DNA of 64,000 nucleotides from Chlorokybus atmophyticus (lineage: Eukaryota; Plantae; Mesostigma and Chlorokybus algae), in contig RHPI01002090.1 in assembly GCA_009103225.1 (NCBI GenBank), positions 954,414-1,018,413 on the forward strand, written 5' to 3'. The notes beneath the pieces were generated by a model. The model was given only the letters and a program-made list of their open reading frames with translations, was not told the origin of the DNA and made no database searches. Of the stretch, positions 1 through 10,765 are shown piece by piece; position 1 is the first letter of the stretch; each line of letters begins with the position of its first letter. The translations under genes and the position numbers were made by a program.

Positions 1-370
1 TAACAAAGATAATAACATCACTGTACCATCTTTGTTTCAGGTAGATATGTGATCAGATCCATGCTCACACTTTCCCACTGATAGTTGGGAACAGCTAAGG
101 GCTTCAGCAACCCTGCTAGCTTCTTGCGAGGCTTTGTCTCCCAGACAAGTGTCACAACATGCGACATACTTTGATGCATCAGCACACAAGCTTGGCCACC
201 AATACAGTCTCTACAATTGCTTGATGGTCTTTGTCATTCCCATGTGCCCACTGTACACGGAATTGTGTGCCTCAAACAGACACGCTAGCCTCAAGCCGAG
301 TGCATCTGGCACTATTACCTTGCCCTCACGATACCATAGGCCCTTGTGACAAGTGATCATGTCGTCTGCT
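1..370 (-). pseudogene. Gypsy integrase N-terminal HHCC zinc-binding domain and start of catalytic core (disrupted)
   Basis: Hand translation: GLWYREGKVIVPD..LFEAHNSVYSGHMGMTKT..*RLYWWPSL..YVACCDTC..LLKPLAVPNYQWESVSMDLITYLP. Confidence 0.85.
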
Positions 371-374
371 TGCT

Positions 375-2116
375 TTATAATTTAATAAACCATGTGTCAA
401 GTGCATAAGCATCAGGCAAACGCTGTATGATGTCCTTCACAACGGCCATTGGGTCCTCCCCACTTGGCTCGTGAGCTGCCAACGGTGCTTCACAGTCTGC
501 TCTCTCGAGCGCAGTTAGCATCTCACTGGTCTCTGTTGCCACTGCTGTCTCACTAGCAGCTGGCTCATGCTCATGTGGCAACTCAGAAATACTGGCATTA
601 CTTGCTTGTGCCCATCCTTGGCTTCGTGCACGTGCACGTTTTGTCACTACCAATAGCAGCGGCGAACGGCTCAACGGTTCTGCCACATTCACTCTCCCCG
701 ATCTGTAAACCCAGGTGAAGTTGAATCTCGACAAGTACTCAGCCCACCTTGCTTGTCTTCTTGACAAGGTTGGTTGGGTCTGAAAGAAAACAAGGGGGTT
801 GTGGTCCGTGATCACACAAAACCCGCCTTCTACCCCCTTTAGATAGCAACGACACTCCTGTAGCGCATGGACTACCCCCAACAGCTCTTGCTCAATTATT
901 GTACGGTTTCTCTCAGCTGGAGAGAACTTCTTGCTAACATAAGCAAGGGGGTGCCCACTCTGGACCAACACAGCACCACTGCCCTCAACAGATGCATCAC
1001 ACATCACCTTAAAGCGCTTGGTGAAGTCCGGCCGCTCAAGACAGGCGCTGTCACCAAAGCCTCTTTAATGGAATCAAAAGGTTCTTGCTGCCTCTGTGAC
1101 CACCTCCACACCACCTTGTCATGCAACAGATTAGTGAGAGGGGCAACACGGGACGAATAATCCAAGATATACTTGCGGAAGTAGTTGCTCAATCTCAAGA
1201 ATGCGCGCAGCTTATGCACATTTGGAGGGCTCGGCCAATCCTTGACCTTGGCAACCTTCTATGGGCCAGGGCGCACGCCCTCTTTGCTTGCAATGTGGCC
1301 GTGGAACTTTAGTTTCTTCATGCCAAACTCGCACTTGGGCATGTAAGCACAAAAACGTTGCCCACGCAAGGTTCCCAACACCTCGCGCACATGTGCGACA
1401 TGCAAGTCATTCTTGCTGAGCACAAGTATATCATCACGATATACAAGCACTGTCTTCCTCATTAGCTTGTGAAACACACGGTTCATCATAGCTTGAAAGG
1501 TGGCGGGCGCATTCGTCAGTCCAAAAGGGAGCACCTTGTACTGTAAGTGGCCCACATGCGTTCTGAACGCTGTCTTAGGCACATTATCCGGAGTGATACG
1601 TATCTGGTGGTACCCACTAATCAGATCCAAGGAATTGAACATTAAGGCACCGCTCAATTGGTCAAGCAAATCATCTATCCTTGGCAACAGATACCTGTTC
1701 TTGATGGTCAACTTGTTCAAGGCCGTGTAGTCTACGCACATGCGTAGCCTGCCGCCCTTCTTATGTACAAATGGGTGCTCCAAAGGGAGAGCTACTTGGC
1801 TCAATCATCCCTTCCCAAGCAAGGCCTTGATCTGCCCCTCCATGTCCACATACTCAACTGGACTCTGCCTATATACAGGTCTGAACGGAGGCTGTGCATC
1901 CGAATCTTAAGGAATCGTATGCTAGACGTCCCTCTCAGGTGGCAATGCAGGCAGTTCAGCTTGAAACATATCAGACAATTCAGACAACAGACCTTGAAGG
2001 GCCGTGTCTGGTGGGTTGCCATCGGTCTCACCAATAAAAGCGGAAGTGCTGTTGCTGTTGACTGGGCGGACGAGCATTAGAAGGGGTTCACCTGCGTGGC
2101 ACTCAACAAAGAGCAT
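375..2116 (-). pseudogene. Gypsy reverse transcriptase + RNase H (frameshifted)
   Basis: ORFs 1922-2116, 1259-1804, 1004-1219 and 375-1007 carry consecutive RT/RH motifs in different frames; YxDD motif reads YRDD. Confidence 0.93.
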
Positions 2117-2900
2117 AAGATATATGTACCAATTGCGTCATCAACACAGTCAGCAGTGGGCACTACATCATGCCCATCAGCTTGCAAGGTCACACGACCT
2201 CGCCCTTTGCGCACACTGCAAAGCCTTATGTCTGCATCCGTACGCAAGCCACATGCTTGCTCCCAATGGCTGCCAACAATGACAGCCACGCCTGGCACCT
2301 CTACTGGGATGACCAAGAACTTGAGCTGAGCATGATAGCCTTGCACACGCACAGACAAGCGCACAACTCCCCGCACGGGGCTCTCATGCTTGTTCAGGGC
2401 AACAACCATGTCATCACACTTGCCGACACGAATGCCCAAGCGCCGCACAAGAGACTCACTCACGAAGTTCTCAGGTGTGCCTGTGTTTATCATTAAGATG
2501 CACGGCACATGTGCGACAGACGCCTTAAACAGCCAAGTCAAGTCTAGAGTACTTACCGGATGGAGGGCAGGAGGGTCATACATCACATACACGGACTTCT
2601 TACCCAGCTCGACTTCACCGAGAACCTGCACACCTTTAACAAGGTGAGTCCATGGCCCCGCATACTTGGGCACCACGATGCATGCACTTGTGTCATGCAC
2701 GCTCTTGCATGCTACATAAAGCTTGAGCATGTTGCACAACTGGTAGACAGGCGCGTTGAGCAAAACACATTTGCCCGCACAATTGTGCTGCATATGTGAG
2801 CATCCCCATGTACACCCAACTCATTCTCCCACACAGCAACATTGCATGGTTGGGGAAGGCGTGACATCAAGTCACTAGAAGCACATTGCTTATCAATGTC
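2077..2900 (-). pseudogene. Gypsy aspartic protease (catalytic D->N) preceded by a degenerate N6-adenine-methyltransferase-like segment
   Basis: ORF 2077-2793: HNCAGKCVLLNAPVYQL..MLKLYVACK..TSACIVVPKYAGPW then LMINTG..NFVSESLVRRLG..VILGSHW-like. Protease is clear; the MTase call rests on motif resemblance only. Confidence 0.6.
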
Positions 2901-3308
2901 CACAGAGCAGCTAGCCATATGCAATCCCTACTGTATACATGGCTTCTTGCTCTTTTCATGTCCCTCATACATGAGAGCATGGCCCCGAGCAGTTTCAGCC
3001 TGAGCCTCTTTAAGCTGAACTTTGCGGCTGCGTTTGCGCTCTTGGTGGTCCTGTCGAGCTGCATCAGCTGATGCACCAACATGTCCCTCACATGGGATCG
3101 CTTGGTCAACGTTGTCACCCGACCGTTGCCATTGAACTATGTTGGCCTCGTGTTGTTGCTGTAACTCTGTTACCTGCTCACACAACGCGGCAACAAAAGT
3201 GGTCAACTGTCGGGTGGTCTTGGCAACATCATTGCCCCAGGATGCCTCCTCTTGTGCTGTATGCTGTTGCTCAGCCATCCCCACATAAGGTTGGAGCCAA
3301 CACCACAC
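2867..3308 (-). pseudogene. Probable gag remnant of the gypsy element
   Basis: Coiled-coil-like ORF fragments (LCEQVTELQQQHE) directly upstream of the pol region; no strong motif. Confidence 0.45.
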
Positions 3309-4164
3309 GGTGAGGTCGCCTTAACAGATGCACTCACGCGCACACACGCGCATACGCGCAGCTGGTGCGGCAACAAGCAAATGCGTGTGTAATGCTGTGT
3401 ATGTGCAGCAAAAACACACAACCAATGCACAGATCGGCGTGTAGAACGACCCACACCGTGCATGCAAGTGTGCACGCAACTGGACGCACCAACTAGCATG
3501 CACAATCAGCTCAAAACCCTGCCATGTAGTGCGTGCAAGCAAAGAATGCAACGCACACACGGTGCAGCAAGTGCATAGGCTGATGGGCAAGCATGCAAGG
3601 CTTGGAATGCAAGCTCCGAGTCCAATGTAACGATACTACTCACTTACTTGCTGGACGGCTTGGCAAACTTATGCACAAGCATAAGGACTTACTTCCCAGA
3701 AGCCCGACCAGCAACACACAGTGCAGTACCTTGAAGGGGAAGTCACAGCACCGCACCAAGGAAGGAGAGGATGCCACCAACCTCTCTACTCAGCTCCCAC
3801 ACACATGCACATTCAAACACCCCACACACATGTGCAGAGCTGCCACAAGCATCACACCCCACATGGGATGAGAGGGAGAGCCCCTTGAACAACTAAACTA
3901 GGCACCCCACACACAAGAGTCGAGTATGCACCTGCTGAGCTCCCTCAACACTTGTTGAGACTGTTCATATACCCCCTCTTTGGTGCTCTCCGACTTAGAA
4001 CATCCAAGTTCAAGGCTACTTGCCTTGTCATGGCTGCGTTGACTACAACTCATGTCTAGGGCAGCCACATCAGCCCTTGGACCTCTTGTTTAATGTCCAA
4101 GATTGATCACACATCAGCTTCGGACATGAACGTCCTTGGCTGGTCATATCAGCGTAGGACATCA

Positions 4165-4335
4165 CACACATGCATACGTATGCATCCCTATGCATACATA
4201 TGCGCGCATATGCACACACATATGCGCATGCACACATACACATGCATACATCTAGTACGTACCTCATATCCTCACATATGCACTCATATGCGGACATATG
4301 TACATGCAAATGTATGCACACACATGCGGACACAT
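4165..4335. repeat. Degenerate alternating purine-pyrimidine (CATA/CACA/CATG) low-complexity tract
   Basis: cacacatgcatacgtatgcat...catatgcgcgcatatgcacacacatatgcgcatgcacac... Confidence 0.8.
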
Positions 4336-4727
4336 GGCTCACATGGCCATGTCTCTATGGTACCGACCAGCTCTGTGCTTGCTGATATGCAATACCTTGT
4401 GTAGTTTATCTCACTCAAGGCCTCATAGGCTCAAGAGCAGACCACGTGAGAGCCACCCCACAAGCACTACACATGCTTATGAAATAAAAAACGCACCCGG
4501 TCTCATCTTACTTACATACAAGTAAGGAACAGAGAATGACTTTAGCCAGCCTTATAGGCGTGACAATCGTTTGTGAAGGTTGCGCCCATCGGCGCGCATT
4601 GCGCTTGTGCATGTATGGCATGTCTACGCCGCATAACCTGTGGCTGTGCCGACCTTTCTTAAAGAATATCGTATGCTGGATCAATCGCACTACATCTTGC
4701 ATGGCATGCAAGGTGTAAAGCACATGC

Positions 4728-6560
4728 AATACTAGCGCAACATGCAGCACTCGCCACATGCCATTTCATGCTTACACTCTACATCAGCAATTTCACCACT
4801 GGGCTGCCTACCTCTACCTAACACGCCAAGCCCCTACCCTATTGGTAAAAGCAACATGCATGATCCACAGCCATTACCTGCACCACGGCTGTACACGTGC
4901 TCGCACGGAGTTGGCGACAGAGCCGATGCATGCTGCGGGCCAATGCTAACGCTTTGCGCGTAACCCTAACAATGGTTGCCAGCGGCAGTGTAGACAACAG
5001 GGGAAGAGGCGGCAAGAGAGATAGGGAGGGAGGGGGAGTCCACGTCAGGCGATTGGTGCTGGTGGCTGCTGCTGCAAAAAGGCCGCTAACCAAGGTGCAT
5101 GCAGGTGCCTGCAATTGCCATGCATGCATGCATGCATGCATGTCAAACAGGGGGGCAGTAGAGATAGGGTGAGAAGTTGTCACAAATTGGGATACATTGT
5201 GATAGACCTCACTCATGGTAGTGTCTTTTACTACCATAGCCTAGTGGTCGGGCCCCAATTGTTACAATGGTTACGGAGCTTAACGTCCCAGGTTCAATTC
5301 CCGTAGGGGACTGAGGCAGATCCGTGGCAAAATAAAACATTTGGGGCGGCTTGCCCTAGGCTGCGCGCGGGACACGACCTGCGCGCTGAGCCAATTCAAC
5401 CTAAGGCCGCGTGAGCGGTCGCGCTGCGATGGTAGGTCGCGCGGTGAGGATGGCCGTTCGATCGGTCAGGACCATTCGTGGGCCGGATCCAACAAGCCGC
5501 GGGCAGACCGATCGTGGCACGGTCGTGAACACGGCGACGTGGGCTAGTGCCTCATTGGATTACGAGGAACTCATGGGTTAAATTGGGGAGGAATGTCACA
5601 AATTGGGATAAATTGTGACAGACCTCACTCGTGGTAGTGTCTTTTACTACCATAGCCTAGTGGTCGGGCCCCAATTGTTGCAGAAGTAGTCAGTAGGTAG
5701 CATGTAGGCGCCGTCTGCCCCGGTGGTCAATTGGTGAGTGTTTGTAGTGTTAGTAACATTGCATGTGCACATAAGTTTGCATGTATGAAATCCCTCTTGC
5801 ATCTTTTGTACACACATCGCCATTGTGTACAGGTAACTACGCATGCATGTTGACTAACGGGGCAAGGGCTTAGCGAAGGTAGCTTCCTAGTATGTATAGG
5901 TAGCCCGGTGGTGTAACAAGTTGTTGTTTGCTGGCGTGTGCGAGTGCGCTTGTGTTTGCATGTGTCATGCATGTGCACAATGCAATGGGGTCACATGCAT
6001 AGCATTGCATATACGCTACACAATACTAGCACTGTACACACAATACTAGCACTTTTATGCTTACGCTGTATATCAGGAGCTCACCGCTGGGCTGCCTACT
6101 CTATCAAACACGCTAACTTAGCCCCTACCCCGATAGTCAGAGCTACATGCATCTGCAATGCTTTGCAGGTGCTTCCTTTGCTGCTTGCCGCTACCCCTTC
6201 CCTGAACCCCCACCCTCCCCAAGTCTATAGCTAGTGCACTTAGCTATAGCTTAGTGGGGGCCGCCACCCCGTTGTCTTGCCCTTGCTTGTGAAGTGTTAT
6301 CAAGCTTGGATGTGTTGTGTGCTTGCTGCCTTCACTAATTGGCCCCAATCCATCTGTTGTGTACTATGCATGATGTCCACCCATCACATGCTGCGCGGCT
6401 ATGGTTAGCGACCAGCCTTCTTCATTGCAGTGACAGCAGGAGCAGTCTCAATGGACCCCCCCGCCCTCCTCCACCACTCCTCCTCCGCCTACTCCTGCAG
6501 TAGGGGCCCCGCTCGCTCGCTACCACGCACTGTCGACGCTACTGTTATGCCAATCAGGGT
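4728..6560. repeat. Cluster of diverged copies of a ~400-bp dispersed repeat: forward partial ~4730-4870, reverse ~4950-5915 (split by the TRIM), forward ~6020-6560
   Basis: Shared blocks with the 11.5/12.3-kb copies: (c)cggg/ctggg..ctacc..acacgct..ccctacc(a)ccccg.tag..catgca; ggttagcg.cc.ag; caatggac.ccccc..cctcctcc; gttagggtt. Confidence 0.65.
5178..5682 (+). mobile_element. Complete TRIM (terminal-repeat retrotransposon in miniature)
   Basis: 89-bp LTRs 5178-5266 and 5594-5682 (TG...CA, 4 substitutions); 5-bp TSD GAAGT at 5173-5177 and 5683-5687; PBS TGGTTACGGAGC at 5268-5279; polypurine tract GGGGAGGAA at 5585-5593; 327-bp non-coding interior. Confidence 0.95.
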
Positions 6561-7213
6561 TAGCTTTCTCGCAGCATGTAAGTGTGACATCAGCAAGAGA
6601 AGATGTCGCCTGTGCCGTTGCAATCTTTACTGTGTGTCGTCACTGTGTTTTGCTTGGCGTTAGGCACATAGGGTGCATATTTTCACCAAACCTAATTACA
6701 GTTTATTTGCATCTCTCTCATACCGTATGCGCGTACATACGCGTATGGATAAATACGCAACCCAAAGTGGCTTAGTATGACATAGCTATGCTAGCTATGA
6801 GCACATGTCACCCATAATTGAGCTCCAGCTTTTGCTTTGTCTACAAGGTGATAGTCATTGCGCCTCACAACTCTGAACGTGTTGTAGGGTGCTTGCATAG
6901 CATTTTACATATATCACAACAAATCCCATAGCATGGAATTTCAATAGTACAATCATGACGACTTCAGAGAGATCACAGCATCCCTAGAATTGCTGAGTGG
7001 TGGACAGAGTGGAGAGCACTGACTCCTGCGCTGTTGGTTCACAAGTTGGAGCGTTTGGCAGGCCACAAATAGCAAAGAGTGTATGCAGAACAGCATGTTT
7101 CAACAGGCTACAAAGGCTTATACCCTATTTGCCTGCATTACTGTGGTTGCGTGCAGTAATATGCATGGTCGCCAAACACTGATGCCTTAGTGGTGAGTGT
7201 GCCAGAGCGTGTA

Positions 7214-8882
7214 TTATGTCCTTGATGGCCTTTCCTCGTCCACAGCAGGCTGTACAATAGCGAGTGCTTGCAGGTCACCATCAGTACTGCGTGATGACAT
7301 CCCCAGTTGCAAGCGCAACTTCTTGGCTTCCATCTCCACCTGTTCGCATCGCTCCTGCCACATCTTGCAATCCTGTCCTTCATGCTCCACTCCTTTGCGC
7401 AGGGCACACACATGTTCCTGAAGAAAGGAGCACGTTTGGAAAAAGATCCGCCCAGCCAGCCACATCTGCACGGAACACAGCCACATCACTCATGTCAGGC
7501 TGCACCTGAGAGCGTTGCAGCAGTTGCTCAAGATCAGCACGCTGTGTTTCAGCCACTTGATGCCGCTTGTTGCTACGCTCCAGCTCCTCACGCGTCTCAG
7601 ACAGCTCAATGTGCACACTCTTCAATTCTGCTTCCAACTGATTATTGGACGTTTCGAGGGCATGCTGACGTTCCCGCGCCTTGGTCACCTCTATCTGCAA
7701 CCTTTGCAGCTCGTCACTGGCTGCTTTGGTAGCTTGTACCAGTGCTGTCTGCAGGCCCTGCATGTGGCGTTGCAGCAGCCGCCGTAGCGTCTCTGCATGC
7801 TGACCTACTGCTGCATCCACTTGCGAGTAAACATCTTCAAGACCATGTGATGGCGGCGCCGCAAGCTGTTGGAGCGGCTGCCCGCTAGCCACAGTGCCAG
7901 TTGAGCGTGCCGGAGCCATATGTGGAACGCCACCCAACCGCAATGCATTGTCGCAAGCAGCCTGGCCTTCCTTGTCTGCCCGGTCATGGCGCTCCAACAA
8001 GAGGCTACGGAATGCTTCAAAGGCTTCTTCTGTACCTCCTGTTGCCGCTGCTCCTTGCGAGGCAGCGGCTGCAAGCATGACGGGCGGCAGGCCAAGACCG
8101 AGACTATCGCCTCTTCCATCTCCAACAGCACCCAACAGCGGCTGCGTACTGCTTTGGTCTGTGTTCTTTCGACCAAGCAGCTCTCTGTTTTCAAAGTATG
8201 GCCGAACCTTGTACGGCGGTTGCCCTGCAGCTTGTGCGGCTGGTGCCCGTGGAATGTCCTTGCGGCCTTTGAGAGCACGGCCCTGAGAACTCACGTCCTC
8301 ATCGGACACAGACTGCCAAAACAAATGGCAAAATCAGCCCTATAACAGTCGATTGAGCATGAAGGAACAACTTACATTACTCGCGTAGCATTATTGTTGG
8401 TTGCTTGTAAGAAATGAGGAGCAAACGGGCTTACATCAGTCACATAGGGATGCCCAACACAGTACAACAGGTGGGGTGTACTTTGAGCAGCATGCATGTG
8501 TTCAGTCATGCACCACACAGGCAGCTTACCTGTCCCTCATTTCGCTTGCGCCGTCGCGGCCGAGCCAGAAGCTTAGCCATTTCCTCGGGTGTTGCCTCAC
8601 GTATCTGAAAGAGGTGCACTTGCCAGTTATTCACCGCAGTATCACGTGGCAAAGGCTGAGACCGCTCCTTATGGGCGCCTAGCCTTGGTGACAAGCACTA
8701 GTTGCTAACAGGCTGGCCACACGGCTTACTTGAGGCAGGAGCCGTTTGGCTTCAGCTTTAGCCTCATCAGCTGTCAGCCCATGTGCACTGCTGGTGAGAT
8801 GCCTTTCCATGATAGACGGCTTGAAGAGACATGATGCTGGTCTTTCGCACAGAGGACACACGCCATACCGATTGCCCGCCAT
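7214..8882 (-). CDS. Hypothetical multi-exon protein: N-terminal C2H2-like zinc finger, low-complexity middle, C-terminal coiled coil
   Basis: ATG 8882 MAGNRYGVCPLCERP...ERHLTSSAHG; donor CAG|GTAAGC after RLLPQ; further exons in ORFs 8506-8694, 7380-8324 (LQRLQIEVTKARERQHALETSNNQLEAEL), 7214-7489; no family recognised. Confidence 0.7.
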
Positions 8883-9587
8883 AGCAAACCCGTAGGAGCC
8901 AAATTGCTGCGCTAACAGCTACATCTGCAACACAAACAATCGTTCTCAATGGTTTCGTCCAAATGTGTTGGGACATATTATACTCTACAATGCTGTGATG
9001 TCAGTCCTAATCGCTAGATACATGCGAGACTTGTTGCGTGCAAGAGCTCCTACGTGCAACCTTTCAGACTGCCAGCCACAATATGCAATGACGTACTGCT
9101 ACCTGCTATTCATCAAACCCGCTGCTAAATTTCGTGTCCAACGTGGCATCGTTACGACAATCGCGGTGTACAACTACTGTCGGCCTCTTATGTGCAAGGT
9201 ACGTTGCAATACGACATTAGGTGTTCCATCCAAGAATACCTTACAACATGCACGCTGGCAAGTGAGTGCAAGCAGTGCGGCACGCAAACGTCTGCATCGC
9301 ACACAGTGTTGGTAATGCTGGCAACACAGCATGCAAAGAATGCTCAAGGGCAATGTTGTTTGCCCTAACACATAGATTGCGCTTGAACAAAGTGGTTTTC
9401 TTCAGGTACAACATGCCAATGCAAACGCAGTCTATCTATCTTATCGCAAGCAACAACCGTTCTTCCAGCTGGTAGAAACAGGCAATCGGCGTGCTCGACG
9501 CAGCTAATTACAAGAGAAATAGCTTAAACACATGTGTGACTGGTGTGGATTAGTACGCAACGAGCAACAGCCAAACGAGGGCCCCTA

Positions 9588-10765
9588 TGCAAACAATAGG
9601 GCCCGCACTCACTCTGCGACGGCCGTGCTGGTCAACCAACCTCCGCGCCTCTCTGAACCCTAATATTCCAGGCCCCAGATACCCTTGGAGATTTCTTCTG
9701 CGCCTCACGCTCGCCAGCAACATGCGCTTTACGCAAACCTTGTGAAAAAAGCTTCTTCCCGAGACCGAAGCCTCTGACGATGTCTCGGACCCCTGTGACG
9801 CCGCTCAAGGATGCCGTGGATACCACCGCCACCCACGCCCACGTAGGGCCGCAAGCCACGGCTATGCACGCTGCCTGCGGTGTGTGTACGTCCCCAGTTC
9901 TGAAAACCCTAAGGCCGGGTTCGTGCCAATCCGACCGAACCCACGCACAGTGCCTCATGCATGAGTCATGAGGCAGAAGTGCGTGACGAACGCAGTTCAT
10001 GACCGTACAGCCTGCTTCAACGTTGTCATTGGGTGCTGAGTCACTCAGTGCACCCAATGACAACCGTTGTCACTCAGTCTGAGTGCATTCGGTAAGTGGC
10101 CGTTGGGAGCGAGCGTTTCTCACCGTTGGACCGGTGCAATACTGGTGCCGAGCCGGAACTCAGCCGCAGCAAGAGCCGACGGCATCTGTAATACGGTCGA
10201 CGCATGCTTTCATAGTGTCACATTGTAATTGTCCCGGGAAGGAAATTTACCGCCAACCGGCCCTACAGCGGTTGCCAGCGCGGTGCACTAACCCAGTACT
10301 GTAGAAACGCATACATTACCACACATAATAATCAACCGCCTTTGGGTATAGTTCCATGAGGGTATTACAAGCCATACCTATCGAATTGACTACTAACTCT
10401 TATGGCATCATAGCAAAAGGTGGAAATGAATGATAAGTCGCAAAAGCGATTGTGGGTTGCAATGTACGTGTCTCTACGGTATCAAGTAACTGAAGACTAA
10501 GTGAACCGAGGTGACACTGCGAACGCACTGCCAAAGCGCGTGCGTAACTGCATGGGCCATGCAGCATGGCACCGGTCCCAGACCGGCGATCCGTGGTGTC
10601 GACCACGCACGCGCAAGCTGTGGGTCAGTCATGAATTGTCCCGCTGCGAACAATGGTGTCAGCAACAATCGCGCGCTGACATATTGTCAACACTGTCAGC
10701 ACCAACTTGCATGGGTGCCACGGTCGCCAGTAGCAAGTGGCCTATGGTGACTGGTAGTCACCGGC
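9588..10765. other. Intergenic cluster of inverted repeats/hairpins
   Basis: Hairpins at ~9589-9604, 9951-9975, 10017-10069 (15-bp perfect arms), ~10657-10681 and ~10748-10762. Confidence 0.7.

Larger units (their letters stand above)
1..3310 (-). mobile_element. Decayed Ty3/gypsy LTR retrotransposon (gag - MTase-like - protease - RT - RNase H - integrase), truncated by the left window edge; 5' LTR not resolved (probably within 3330-4160)
   Basis: Minus-strand ORF fragments in gypsy order: protease-like LMINTGTPENFVSESLV (~2490); RT RMCVDYTALNKLTIKNRYLLPRIDDLLDQL, LPFGLTNAPATFQ, YRDD (1259-1804); RNase H DASVEG...ELL...TDHNPL...RQARW (375-1007); integrase zinc finger HNSVYSGH...CDTC and core start SMDLIT (read by hand, ~370 to 1). 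At least 5 frame breaks and an in-frame stop. Confidence 0.95.

Noticed and set aside
5230-5310. Functional tRNA gene
   Set aside because: D-arm and T-loop are present, but the acceptor stem does not pair, the T-stem has mismatches and there is no proper 7-nt anticodon loop; the sequence straddles an LTR boundary.
9650-9915. Telomerase RNA or telomeric array
   Set aside because: Only isolated AACCCTAA motifs; no 1.5-repeat template, no recognisable USE/TATA, no tandem array.
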